DNA of 64,000 nt from Kiritimatiellia bacterium (GTDB lineage Bacteria; Verrucomicrobiota; Kiritimatiellia; CAIVKH01), in contig JANWZO010000004.1 of NCBI GenBank assembly GCA_025054615.1, forward strand, positions 44,982 to 108,981, written 5' to 3'. The notes under the pieces are model-generated. The model was given only the letters and a program-made list of their open reading frames with translations. It searched no databases and was not told where the DNA came from. Below, one piece after another: positions 48,921 to 58,836 of the stretch. The number at the start of each line of letters is the position of its first letter. Position 1 is the first letter of the stretch. The position numbers and the translations under genes were made by a program.

Positions 48921-50723
48921 CTAAGCGACCGGCTCCTCTTCGGCCGTGAGGGCGTGGGCGGTGAGGAGGTCGAAGAAATAGCCCCCTTTCTTTCGCAACT
49001 CTTCGAAGGTCCCCTGCTCGATGATCCGACCCTTGTCGAGCACAACGATACGGTCGGCATTCCGGATGGTACTGAGCCGGTGGGCGATCGTGATGACGGT
49101 GCGCCCGCGGCCGAGCCGCTCGAGGGCCTCCTGAACGAGGCGCTCACTTTCGTAATCGAGGGCCGATGTGGCCTCGTCGAGGATCAGGATTCGCGGATTG
49201 CGCAGGATCGCGCGGGCGATCGAGAGCCGTTGCCGCTGGCCCCCGGAGACCATCACGCCGCGCTCGCCGACGATGGTGTTGTAGCCGTCGGGCATTTTCT
49301 CGATGAACTCGCTCGCGTTCGCGAGACGGGCGGCCTCGCGGACCTCCTCATCGGTCGCATCGGGTTTGGCAAACCGAATGTTCTCGGCCACGGTGCCGGA
49401 GAGCAGAAGATTTTCCTGGAGGACCACAGCGCATTGCTTGCGGAGCCAGCGCATATCCAGTTCCGATTGGGGCACGCCATCGATGCGAATTTCGCCGCTA
49501 TCGGGCCGGTAGAGGCCGAGGAGCAGGTAGGTCAGCGTGCTCTTGCCGGATCCGGAGTGGCCGACCAGCGCAATATGCTCACCGGGCCGGATGTGGAGGG
49601 AGAGGTCGCGAATCACGGGGCGGTGCGCGCCGGGATAGGCGAAGGTCACCCGATCGAATTCGATCTCGCCCCGCAAGGAACCGAGCTTTCTGGTGCCGCG
49701 CCATTCCTCGACGTAGCTGGAATCCAGAAGCTCCTTGATGCTGCGATAGCTGGCGGCACCGACAAAATATTGCTCCCCGATGACCGAGAATAACTGCACC
49801 GGCGACGTAATGATCGGCAGACCCGCCATGAACGCCATCAGGGTCCCGAGGGTCATCGAGCCGTCGATGACGAACCACGCGCCGCCCGCGATCACCAGTA
49901 GCGACAGGAACTGGCTCGACGCATATGTAAAGGTCCCGAATATGGAATTCAGCGCGGACAGTTCAACGCGGACCCGTGAGAACGCTGCGCTGTGCTCCTC
50001 GAGCCGCTCGGTCACTTGCCGCTCCTCGCCGAGGCTCCTCACCAGCTTCAACGCCGTGATCACCTCGCTCGCATGACCCGTAAGCCGTTCCTGCGCGATC
50101 CGGTTGCTCTCGTTGGTCTCTTTCAGGCGGGCATGGAACAGCGAGCGGATGAGGACCAGGATCGGGATCATCAGCAGCACGACCACCGAAAGCTGCCAAT
50201 GCAGCGCCACCAGGATCAGCGTAATGCTCAGGCTATAGCAAATGTTGGGAAGGAACTGGTTGAGAATTTGATGGAGCGCCGTTTCCACCTTCTGCGTGTC
50301 GAGGGTGTACTTCGCGAGCAGCCGGCCGCTCCGCTCGCGATCCAAATAGCCGAAGCTGAGGAAATGCAGCTTGTTGAAGATTTCGCCCCGCAGCCCCGCG
50401 ATCAGGTCGGCCAGCTCCCGCGAGATCGCGTAATTCCCCGCGACAGAAAACGCGTAGTGGAGGAAGAGGAGCCCCACGAAAATCAGGCTAATCGCCGCAA
50501 CGCCCGACGCCGAGCCGGTCTTGACGTGCTCATCGATGATAAGCTGGAAGAGCCACGGACAGGGCGCGATGACCACGCACCGGAGGATCGCGAGCGTAAC
50601 ACCGCGTGAAAAACGCCGCCGCTGCTCGAGGAGGTAGTGCAGCAGCGTCGGAGCCTGCAGCGCGTTAGAATCGCGAAGTGCCGTCATGGCGTCCCCCGCA
50701 GTTCTGCGCGCGCGTTTCGCCAC
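48921..50723 (-). CDS. ABC exporter, fused permease/ATPase (MsbA/HlyB-like, no peptidase domain)
   Basis: Six TM helices, then Walker A GHSGSGKST, signature LSGGQRQRLSIARA, Walker B ILILDEAT. Confidence 0.9.
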   Translation of the reverse strand: MAKRARRTAGDAMTALRDSNALQAPTLLHYLLEQRRRFSRGVTLAILRCVVIAPCPWLFQLIIDEHVKTGSASGVAAISLIFVGLLFLHYAFSVAGNYAISRELADLIAGLRGEIFNKLHFLSFGYLDRERSGRLLAKYTLDTQKVETALHQILNQFLPNICYSLSITLILVALHWQLSVVVLLMIPILVLIRSLFHARLKETNESNRIAQERLTGHASEVITALKLVRSLGEERQVTERLEEHSAAFSRVRVELSALNSIFGTFTYASSQFLSLLVIAGGAWFVIDGSMTLGTLMAFMAGLPIITSPVQLFSVIGEQYFVGAASYRSIKELLDSSYVEEWRGTRKLGSLRGEIEFDRVTFAYPGAHRPVIRDLSLHIRPGEHIALVGHSGSGKSTLTYLLLGLYRPDSGEIRIDGVPQSELDMRWLRKQCAVVLQENLLLSGTVAENIRFAKPDATDEEVREAARLANASEFIEKMPDGYNTIVGERGVMVSGGQRQRLSIARAILRNPRILILDEATSALDYESERLVQEALERLGRGRTVITIAHRLSTIRNADRIVVLDKGRIIEQGTFEELRKKGGYFFDLLTAHALTAEEEPVA

Positions 50724-51772
50724 ATCAGCTCAAACAGCGAACGCCGCCCGAGCTGCAGCCGAACGTCGAGGCTGGACCCCAACACCAAGGGATGGGGCGT
50801 ATCCCCGACGGCAATTTCGACCTCGTATAGCGGTTGAGCGGCTGTCGAGTCCGCATCTGGCGCCACGCGAATCACAGAGCCCCGCACGGGGCCCTCGAGA
50901 AACGAGTCGAAGACCCGCGACTCCATCAGCGCGGGCGTTCCAGCGCGCACCAGGTCGACGTTCCGCTCCGGGATCCTCGCTCGGACGTGGACCGGTCCGC
51001 CTGTCGGCGCCACCTTCGCAAGCTCCATTCCCCGAGATACCGACATGCCGGGATGGCGCGCGAATAGTGCGACAACTTGACCGTCGATGGGGGCGCGAAT
51101 CACGCGGGCTGCCCTCAGCGAAGCGACGAGATCGCGCTCGCGCCTGAGCAGAGCGAGCGCGCGGGCAAGCCGGTCGCGCTCTAGTTCCGCCTCGCGCCGT
51201 TCAAGCTCGGGCAGCCCCCCTTCCAACCATCGGGCGAGAACCTCCGCCTCGGCCAGCTCAATTTCCGAGCGCAGGCGCTCGATCAACTGGCGACGTGCCT
51301 CAAATTCCGAAACGCTCTGCTGCTCGACCCCGCGAGTCAGATTCGAGTGGATCTCCGCATAAATCGCCGCGATATGCCCAAGCCGCTCCCGGCGGGCGGG
51401 CGCGGCTGCGACCTCGAGCGCTATCGGGCGGATCTCCAGGCGGCGGAGCGCCAGATCCTGTCGCGCCAGAGCCGATTCAGCCTCTGCAATCGCCCGGTCG
51501 AGCTCAATTTCCCGTTGCACAAGGTCCGTCTGATCCAGCTCGAGGAGCGGCTCGCCGGCGCGGACAACCTGGCCGAGCTCCACATGGCGCGCCGCGAGGA
51601 CGCCGTCCGCCGGCGAAAAGACCCGCCGCTCATCCGGCGAATAAACCTGACCCGTCGCCCGAACCGACACGTCGACCTTCAACAATGCGATGCCGGCCAC
51701 GACGAGCGCTGCCCCGATGACGGCGCTCAAAAACACGGACGACGGCTTTCGATTTTCGGTCGATGGATTCAC
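50684..51772 (-). CDS. HlyD-family membrane-fusion (periplasmic adaptor) protein
   Basis: N-terminal TM anchor. Long coiled-coil (ELDRAIAEAESALARQDLALRRLEI...). C-terminal beta domain. Overlaps the ABC gene by 40 bp. Confidence 0.85.
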   Translation of the reverse strand: MNPSTENRKPSSVFLSAVIGAALVVAGIALLKVDVSVRATGQVYSPDERRVFSPADGVLAARHVELGQVVRAGEPLLELDQTDLVQREIELDRAIAEAESALARQDLALRRLEIRPIALEVAAAPARRERLGHIAAIYAEIHSNLTRGVEQQSVSEFEARRQLIERLRSEIELAEAEVLARWLEGGLPELERREAELERDRLARALALLRRERDLVASLRAARVIRAPIDGQVVALFARHPGMSVSRGMELAKVAPTGGPVHVRARIPERNVDLVRAGTPALMESRVFDSFLEGPVRGSVIRVAPDADSTAAQPLYEVEIAVGDTPHPLVLGSSLDVRLQLGRRSLFELMWRNARAELRGTP

Positions 51773-51913
51773 AAACTATCAAGAATAGCACAGGTTCGCC
51801 CGGCCCACCAAATTCGCCGACGGAAATGCTTTGAAACGGCGAACCTTGTAGCTGGGAACGCGGCGGGATCCGGATTCTTGTAAGGATTCAGGCCGGGCTT
51901 CCGATGTGCTGAT

Positions 51914-52498
51914 GTGACCACACAACTACATCCGCGGTTAGGGCTTCCGGAAATTTTGCCGGCTTCGGTGCAACTTCTCATGGCGCATGTAGGCGATCCG
52001 CAGCGTCATTCCTTGCTTGAAATGACGGCGAGCAAGCCAACGCTGATCGCATTCCTTCGCCATCTCGGCTGCGTATTTTGCCGTCAGATGCTCGGGGATA
52101 TTCGCGATGCTCGCCAGTTCCTTGAGCAATCGGGGCTGCAGATTGCGCTCGTTCACATGGCCAGCGATCGGCAAGCTGAGCTGGTCTTCAAATTGTATGG
52201 CCTCGATGATCTGCCGCGATTTTCCGATCCTGACCGTTCGCTTTATGAAGCGTTCGGACTGCGAAGAGTGACCGTGAGGGAGTTGTTGAGTGCCGATCTT
52301 TTCCGGCGGGGTCTGGAGGCCTGCATTCATGACCGCCACTTCATGGGAATTCCGCGCGGAGATCCCATGCAAATGCCTGGCGTATTTGTCGTGGACCGCG
52401 GATACATCCGCGCGAAATTCATTCACCAGCATCCGTGGGATCGACCCGACCTTCGCGCCCTCGCCCGTGAGGCCTTAGCGGCGCCCGTCTCGGTTTGA
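51914..52498 (+). CDS. AhpC/TSA (redoxin)-family thiol-disulfide oxidoreductase-like protein
   Basis: Thioredoxin-fold pattern PTLIAFLRHLGCVFCRQ (CxxC), as in peroxiredoxin-like proteins. Start uncertain. Confidence 0.55.
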   Translation: MTTQLHPRLGLPEILPASVQLLMAHVGDPQRHSLLEMTASKPTLIAFLRHLGCVFCRQMLGDIRDARQFLEQSGLQIALVHMASDRQAELVFKLYGLDDLPRFSDPDRSLYEAFGLRRVTVRELLSADLFRRGLEACIHDRHFMGIPRGDPMQMPGVFVVDRGYIRAKFIHQHPWDRPDLRALAREALAAPVSV

Positions 52499-52499
52499 A

Positions 52500-53537
52500 C
52501 TACTGGACCGGCAGCGGAACAAACCGCCACGCATCGGCTTCCGTGAATTCGCGGGCTGCGAAGCACCACACGATCGCCTTCTTGACCTTATAAAAATCAG
52601 GCGCGCTCCGAATCCGCCGAATCAGGCTGATCCGCGACGTCGTCGCGCCCGATCCTCGAACGCCCAAGACGTCGACCGGTGCGCCGATCCGGGCAGTCAA
52701 CTGTTCGGGAAGGCCCGAACCTACATCATGCAAGTCGCCGCCCTCGCTGAAGACGAGAACATGGCTGTCGCCCATGAGCAGAATCGGACTAGACGGGTCC
52801 GGACGTGGCGGCTGGCCATCGGGCCCAGCCACGCGCCAGACCGGGACGATTTCCCGAGCATCCTCTCCCATGAGCCGACCGAGGTCGCCGGTGATGGAGA
52901 TTTCGCGTGGTTCGACGGACCAGGCTGATCCACCTTCCTCTGCGGCCGCCAATCCCTTCGCGCGCAGCCAGTCAGCGATTCGCTCGGCGGCGAGGCGGAT
53001 GCCGATGCCAGTCCAATGTGTATCCGTGCGGCAATACAGGGGGCCTTCCGCGAGCGCCTCAGGGGCGAGGAAGGTCTCGGTCAGGTCCAAGACGTCTACG
53101 CCCCTCTCTCGCAGCAACCCGTAGAAGCGGCGGAGCCGCTCCAGCGAGGGGCGTGCTTCATCTCGCGTGCACCCCAACATCGCAGGATAAATGAGAGCCT
53201 TTGGCGGCACGGGCACGACGAGCAGCGAAATGTCGACATCCCTAAGCTGGCGATTGAAGTCGTCGATCGGCTCCAGCGGGTCGCGGTGCGCGGGGTTTGC
53301 GGCTCGCCCCGCGTCGGCGGCGGCATCGCCCCAGAACTCCCCAGCCGCGAGAAAGCGCAATTCCGATGCGAGGAATAGCCAGCCCGCCTCGCCCCGTAAA
53401 GCAGGCGCACCGCCGGCCGTAGCCAAAGCGCTGGCGAAACAATTCGCTTCCTGGGCTGCGGCCCGTGTCTCGCCGAACGACGCAACCCCGACCATGATGG
53501 CAGCGGGAATTCGAATCAGGGAAGAGGCTCGACCCAT
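52500..53537 (-). CDS. AlgJ/AlgX-like (DHHW-family SGNH-like) polysaccharide O-acetylation protein, paralog 2
   Basis: Signal peptide. VVPVPPK then RTDTHW (DxHW signature), then GDSH... as in AlgJ/AlgX/WssI. Confidence 0.65.
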   Translation of the reverse strand: MGRASSLIRIPAAIMVGVASFGETRAAAQEANCFASALATAGGAPALRGEAGWLFLASELRFLAAGEFWGDAAADAGRAANPAHRDPLEPIDDFNRQLRDVDISLLVVPVPPKALIYPAMLGCTRDEARPSLERLRRFYGLLRERGVDVLDLTETFLAPEALAEGPLYCRTDTHWTGIGIRLAAERIADWLRAKGLAAAEEGGSAWSVEPREISITGDLGRLMGEDAREIVPVWRVAGPDGQPPRPDPSSPILLMGDSHVLVFSEGGDLHDVGSGLPEQLTARIGAPVDVLGVRGSGATTSRISLIRRIRSAPDFYKVKKAIVWCFAAREFTEADAWRFVPLPVQ

Positions 53538-55066
53538 ACTGGCTCCGCATCAAAAAATCGATCGTCATCTAACTCGGACCGATTCACACCATCAAGCTGA
53601 TCCGCCATCTCGGCCCAGCTCCGGACGGCGAATCTCAATCGGTCTCCGGGCCGCAAACGGGCCGCGGCGGCGCGATGGTGGTTGGTCAGGCTCCACGCAT
53701 AGGCAAGCGCCTCGGCGCCCTCGGCACCCTCGCCTGCGACGTCGACGAGATGGATCGAGGCAATGTGGTCGGCATAGGGAACCCGCTTTGGAGCGGGAAT
53801 CGCAGAGACGGCAGCCACGGTCGCCGTCCAGACGGCCGGGCTGGGGGGCGGCGGTGTAAATCCAGTATGGCGCGGGGTGCCGAGAACAAACGAAACCGAC
53901 CGCCAGTCCCCGTGAAAAAGCTCCCGTTCGGCAAACTGCCAGACGACGACCCGTACGCCGGCGAGGCGGTCTCGACCGGCGGCCAGCTCTCGCGCCAGCA
54001 GCTCGCGAGTGCCACGGGCACCGGCATCATTCCGGACGATTCGATCGATGGGAAAACCGAGGTGGAAACTCAACTGCTCCGCAAACCCGGCACCCGTCCC
54101 CCACCCCAGCGCCTCCTGTGAATAAATGTTGCTGAAACTGTCGCCGAGCAGGAAGACCGGCGATCCAGCGACAGGCCGCCACGCAAAAGGTCCGTCCCGC
54201 ACGGGCCGAATCTGCTGATCCTGCGGAGCGCCCCATTCAGGCGGCAGGCCATCGCCCAACATCCGCGCGAGATCGCCGATCCCGAAAATGGCTTCCTCGT
54301 CCCGCTCGAATCGCTGCGAGCGAGGCGGCGCGAATCCATAGAGCTGTCGAAGGCGGTCTGCCAGGTTGGCTGCCACTCGTTCCATCGCCTCAAACGTCCA
54401 ATGGGTATCCGCGCGGAGATACAGTGATTCGGGCGGGGAATTCGACCAGGCCGAATCGGGGTCAAAAACGCGGATGTGATCCCGTTCTAGAGCGCGCCAG
54501 AATTCGGCAAATTCAGTGCGGCGGATTGGCGTCGCCCTCGCGCGGGGCGCGAGCGTCGTGGCGGCGTAGGCGGTTTTGGGCGGCACCGGGACAAGGATCA
54601 GGTCGATCCCGCGGCCCCCGAGGTAAGCGGCAAAATCTCGAATCGCGCTGGCCGCGCGCGCCAGTTGCTCGGCCGGGATTCGATCTGTGAGCGCGGCGAC
54701 ATCGGGCGCGTAGTGCAGCCATCCGTCGGCGCCGAGCACAACGGATTCGTTACCGAGTTTCAGCCACTCCGCTTTGAACCGCTGAAGCGGCGGAACAAGC
54801 GTCTTTGTCAGCCACGCCTCCTCGCGCAAGCGGTCTTCGAACGCGTGCAAACCGTCGCGCAAGGCTGCATTCACGCCGAGCCAGCCGCGCGAGCCACCCA
54901 GTCCGCTCCAGGCCGAAATGGCTGGTGTCCAAGCGGTACGGACCTCCAGGGCGGAGACGCCGAATAAGGCCGCGAGCATTCCCACGACGAAGACGCGGGC
55001 TGCTCCGGGCGCGATTTCCGTCGCTCCGATCCCTCGCTCTCCCAGCTCTCCTCGTGTCGGTTTCAT
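53516..55066 (-). CDS. AlgJ/AlgX-like (DHHW-family) polysaccharide O-acetylation protein, paralog 1
   Basis: Start MKPTRGEL with a signal-anchor (VFVVGMLAALFGVSAL). LVPVPPK ... RADTHW ... LLGDSFS. The track ORF 53516..55921 is extended upstream across the MBOAT gene in another frame. Real start is 5 nt after the MBOAT stop. Confidence 0.65.
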   Translation of the reverse strand: MKPTRGELGERGIGATEIAPGAARVFVVGMLAALFGVSALEVRTAWTPAISAWSGLGGSRGWLGVNAALRDGLHAFEDRLREEAWLTKTLVPPLQRFKAEWLKLGNESVVLGADGWLHYAPDVAALTDRIPAEQLARAASAIRDFAAYLGGRGIDLILVPVPPKTAYAATTLAPRARATPIRRTEFAEFWRALERDHIRVFDPDSAWSNSPPESLYLRADTHWTFEAMERVAANLADRLRQLYGFAPPRSQRFERDEEAIFGIGDLARMLGDGLPPEWGAPQDQQIRPVRDGPFAWRPVAGSPVFLLGDSFSNIYSQEALGWGTGAGFAEQLSFHLGFPIDRIVRNDAGARGTRELLARELAAGRDRLAGVRVVVWQFAERELFHGDWRSVSFVLGTPRHTGFTPPPPSPAVWTATVAAVSAIPAPKRVPYADHIASIHLVDVAGEGAEGAEALAYAWSLTNHHRAAAARLRPGDRLRFAVRSWAEMADQLDGVNRSELDDDRFFDAEPVWVEPLP

Positions 55067-55071
55067 TCCGA

Positions 55072-56523
55072 TCAGAAGATGAAATAAATGAATGGGTTGA
55101 ATTCCTCGACCGTCATCACGGCGACCGAAAGCGCGCCCAACGCGGCAGCGGCTGCAAGTTTGACCGCCGACAGGCGGCGGGTCCATTCGGTCGACTGCGG
55201 CGCATACCAAACCAGAGCGGCCGCCAGGGAGGCGATCGATAGGTAGACCGGGTGCCGGATCACCGCCGCCGCAAGCCATGCCGCGTCGCCGGCACACCGG
55301 GCGCCGACAAGGGCGCACAGATAATCGGCGGCGTGCGCGACGCTTTCCGCCCGGAAGAACACCCAGGCAATGCAGACGAGTCCGAACGTGAGTGCGATTC
55401 GAAGCGGGCGTGGCAACCGCCGATAGATCGGCTGCTGGCCGAGCGCGCGTTCGACTGCCAGCAGGAGACCGTGTATCGCGCCCCAGACCACGAAAGTCCA
55501 CGATGCGCCATGCCAAAGTCCTCCGAGCAGCATCACGACGAGCAAATTGATGTACGTCCGGCGCGGGCTGATCCGGTTGCCGCCCAGCGGAATGTACAGG
55601 TAATCGCGTAGCCACGCGGACAGCGAAATGTGCCAGCGCCGCCAGAATTCCGTGATGGATTCCGATCGATACGGAGAATCGAAATTTTTGGGAAAGGTGA
55701 AGCCCAGGATCAGGCCGAGCCCGATCGCCATGTCCGAATAGCCGCTGAAATCGAAATAAATTTGGAACGCGTACGCTACGAGGCCGAGCCACGCATCGAG
55801 CGCATGAAGCTCCGCCGCAGAGAAGGCGGTGTCGGCGACCTTGCCGCACGGATTGGCGAGACAAATTTTTTTCGTCAACCCGATCAAAAACAGTGCGATG
55901 CCGCGCGCAGCCTTCTCCCATGTGTGGGTCCGGGCGCGGATCTGATCGGCAAGCTCGTGGTAGCGAATGATCGGGCCCGCGACCAACTGCGGGAAGAGCG
56001 CGACATAGCAGGCGAAGTCGATGAAGTGGCGCTGCGGCGCGGCGCGGCCGCGATAGACGTCGATGGTGTAGCTCATCGATTGAAACGTGTAAAAGCTGAT
56101 GCCGAGCGGCAGGGCCACCTCAAGGACCGCACCGATCGGCTCCAGACCGAGCGCCACAAGTGCAGCGTTGAGAGAATCGACACCAAAATTGAAGTACTTG
56201 AAAAAACCCAGCAGGCCGAGGTTCGTAATCACGGAGACGGCGACCAGCGCGCGCTGCCGCCGGCTGCGCGGGCCGCCTGGCTCAAGCAGGGGCAGATCGC
56301 CAATCTCAGTAATGGATCGCCATCCAACCAGCGCGCGGCCGCATGCGTAGTCCACCGCGGTGGAGAACAACAGCAGCGCGCAGAAGAGCGGATTGGCCCA
56401 GCCATAGAACACGTAGCTCAGCAGAGTCAGCGACAGCGCGCGCAAGCGCCGCGGAGTCAGGGCATAGATCCCCAGGGCGAGCGGCAGAAAATAAAAAAGG
56501 AATAGGTGTGAGCTGAAGACCAT
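55072..56523 (-). CDS. algI: MBOAT-family membrane O-acyltransferase (AlgI/DltB/PatA-like)
   Basis: 483 aa polytopic. Conserved MBOAT blocks FWRRWHISLSAWLRDYLYIPLGG and the WHG region (LWHGASWTFVVWGAIHG). Confidence 0.9.
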   Translation of the reverse strand: MVFSSHLFLFYFLPLALGIYALTPRRLRALSLTLLSYVFYGWANPLFCALLLFSTAVDYACGRALVGWRSITEIGDLPLLEPGGPRSRRQRALVAVSVITNLGLLGFFKYFNFGVDSLNAALVALGLEPIGAVLEVALPLGISFYTFQSMSYTIDVYRGRAAPQRHFIDFACYVALFPQLVAGPIIRYHELADQIRARTHTWEKAARGIALFLIGLTKKICLANPCGKVADTAFSAAELHALDAWLGLVAYAFQIYFDFSGYSDMAIGLGLILGFTFPKNFDSPYRSESITEFWRRWHISLSAWLRDYLYIPLGGNRISPRRTYINLLVVMLLGGLWHGASWTFVVWGAIHGLLLAVERALGQQPIYRRLPRPLRIALTFGLVCIAWVFFRAESVAHAADYLCALVGARCAGDAAWLAAAVIRHPVYLSIASLAAALVWYAPQSTEWTRRLSAVKLAAAAALGALSVAVMTVEEFNPFIYFIF

Positions 56524-56529
56524 GTGCGG

Positions 56530-58635
56530 CTACCGGCTCACGTCCACAAATTCCGGCAGCCCGATCGACTCGATTCCGATGAGCCGCCGTTCCGACTCTA
56601 GGGGCGGGTTCTCCTCCACTCGTTGCACGCGCAAGACCACGGGCTCGCCTTTTTGCGGGATGGCGTCCGGAACGACTGCGGCGTCTAGGATGACCCAGTG
56701 GTAAACGTGAATGCGCTGGGATCCGTCCACCGGTGACTCGGCGGCGTCCAATTCATACTCGCAAAGCGCGAGCGCACGCCGGTAGGGTGCAATTTCTCGG
56801 GGGTCCGGAACCGGCGTCGCCTCCACGAGGCGCGCGCGGAATTCGAGCGTCCTAGGCTCCAGTCGACCCGCAGTGCGGATTCGATTGAGCTCAAATCGGC
56901 GCGTGGCCTCCTCCGGGCCGACGAATCGGCTCCAGATCGCGACGCCGTCGATTTCGCCGTCCCACGTCCGATCGTGGGACGATTCATCGCCAAAGCGGAG
57001 ATCCATGATGTCCCATGTATCGAAACTCCCTCGAATCCGCTGCGGAACCTTGTAGGGTCGGCCGTCGAGATATGCCGCGAGTTCGCCGTCCTGATAGCTG
57101 ACGATGACGTGGATTCTCCTGCCCGGCTCGATGCGGCCAAGATCCGTTTGAGAGTCATTCGCCGTCCCGTCGCTTCCCGTTTCGGGAGTCCGAAGCCGCA
57201 AGACCAATCGATCTCGTTCTTGGCCAAGCATGAAATTGGCCTCGCCGATCCGCTTCGACAGCGCAATGATGCGCGCTGGTCCAGTCAAGGCCGCCGATCT
57301 CGGCAGAAGGGTTGCCTCAATCGTCAGTTCATTGGAGCGCCTGCACGCCTCGACGATTCGCGGCCCCGCGTTGGGAGCCACGAACGACCCTTTTCGGATG
57401 TCCATTCCGTGGAATGGCGACCAACGCGCACCGCGGAGTGGCTCCACCGTGCACTCTGTGCGCCCGCCCCGGCCGTCGGCGACCTCGTTCCGGACGTTGG
57501 CATGTGACCAGACGAAGACGAGCCCCTCCTCCGTCCCGGGCCATCTTGTGTCTAGCTCTGGCTGCACGATCTCACGAGACGAGGGCGCGAACACGGTGGA
57601 GGGCACTTCGCTGGTCTCTCCGCCCGCAACCCAGAGATCGGGCGCGTAATCGCCGACTTCGTTTTCAGTCACTCGCGCCCACGCCTCGATTGAGGAAAGG
57701 CGTTCATCGAAGCGTCCAACCCAAACCTCGACATGCTGGGCGCCCCCTCGGACGCTTAGGCGGCCGCCTTCAGTGTTGTAGGGGCCGGTGGCGACGAGGA
57801 AGCGCACATGGTTACTCCAGCGCGGGTGATACATCTTCCGGCCTGCGCCGTTCGGAATGGTGTTGATCGGCACGCGCCAGCGCATCCGCCCGTCCGGACT
57901 GTGCAGGAACAGATTTCGGTGCGCGCCGTCAAAGATCCATAGGATGTAACTGTTGTCCGGCGCCAGCGAAGTCCAGCAACCTCGCCCCATCATTTCGGCG
58001 CGCCGGTTTGCGGCGTTGATGATCATGCCCCGCGGCCACGGGAACATTCCGCCGATCCGGGTTCCATCTCGCGAGATGTGTACGCTGTCCAGGCTGACGT
58101 CACCGCCGTTCCAAACCTCTTCGACGCGGGAGGGATCACCGACGGGATGTCGGACGATTCGACGATAGGGCGCATCTTCGTTGCGCGATCGGTCCACGGC
58201 GGCGTACAGCCAGTCGACGCCCGTGCGGGGATCCCGCCAGACCGCGAGTGCGAAGCCAGCGCCGATCCGAACCGGCGCGCCGCCAGTCCATGCAACGCGA
58301 TGGATCGAGTCGTCGCGGCGACGGCTGAAGACGACGTAGTCTCCGCCCGGCGCGATCAAAGGTTTGTTGATCTGATCGATCGCCGGCACGAGTTCGCAAA
58401 TCCGCCCGGTCTCGGTATCGAACGCCATGAGCGCATGTTGGCGTCCAGACTGGTGGAGGTCCTCGCCTGACCCGCGGTCCTGAACCCACACAACGCGAGC
58501 GGGCGCACCGACCACGTCGCGCAGTGTTCGAACCACGGCCGGACTCGCAGGCAACACCGCCTCCGGGTTTGCCGAGCAACCCGTGACTCCCAGGCACACG
58601 AAGCACATTCCCACAAAATTCCGCACGTCCTTCAC
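56530..58635 (-). CDS. Lipoprotein with N-terminal beta-propeller-like region and C-terminal LamG/concanavalin-A-like domain
   Basis: Lipobox LGVTGC. The C-terminal 200 aa (LVLRLRTPETGSDG...IHVIVSYQDGELAAYLDGRPYK...WDGEIDGVAIWSRF) is typical of the LamG lectin/glucanase fold. Confidence 0.55.
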   Translation of the reverse strand: MKDVRNFVGMCFVCLGVTGCSANPEAVLPASPAVVRTLRDVVGAPARVVWVQDRGSGEDLHQSGRQHALMAFDTETGRICELVPAIDQINKPLIAPGGDYVVFSRRRDDSIHRVAWTGGAPVRIGAGFALAVWRDPRTGVDWLYAAVDRSRNEDAPYRRIVRHPVGDPSRVEEVWNGGDVSLDSVHISRDGTRIGGMFPWPRGMIINAANRRAEMMGRGCWTSLAPDNSYILWIFDGAHRNLFLHSPDGRMRWRVPINTIPNGAGRKMYHPRWSNHVRFLVATGPYNTEGGRLSVRGGAQHVEVWVGRFDERLSSIEAWARVTENEVGDYAPDLWVAGGETSEVPSTVFAPSSREIVQPELDTRWPGTEEGLVFVWSHANVRNEVADGRGGRTECTVEPLRGARWSPFHGMDIRKGSFVAPNAGPRIVEACRRSNELTIEATLLPRSAALTGPARIIALSKRIGEANFMLGQERDRLVLRLRTPETGSDGTANDSQTDLGRIEPGRRIHVIVSYQDGELAAYLDGRPYKVPQRIRGSFDTWDIMDLRFGDESSHDRTWDGEIDGVAIWSRFVGPEEATRRFELNRIRTAGRLEPRTLEFRARLVEATPVPDPREIAPYRRALALCEYELDAAESPVDGSQRIHVYHWVILDAAVVPDAIPQKGEPVVLRVQRVEENPPLESERRLIGIESIGLPEFVDVSR

Positions 58636-58836
58636 GATAGCGCATCAGACGCCGACGAGGGCGAAAATGTTCACGCCGGTGGGCGGATCTTGAGCGTTCG
58701 TCGAGCTGCCCGGCACAGTACAACCAACGCTCACGAGGTTGATCCGCAGCACTAAGCGGCGAGCGGAATTTCGGCCCTGCGAGTTCGGCGCAAAGGCTCT
58801 GCTGCTCGAATTCGGGCCGAATCGGACGACACCACG

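Noticed and set aside
53516-55921. 801-aa minus-strand ORF
   Set aside because: The upstream about 285 codons overlap the MBOAT gene in another frame and are Arg/Gly-rich. Real start is MKPTRGEL at 55066.
58636-58836. Imperfect inverted repeat (GAATTTCGGCCC ... GGGCCGAAT) between the LamG lipoprotein gene and patA
   Set aside because: Arms are only partially complementary and there is no flanking U-tract. Could be a weak terminator but is not supportable.
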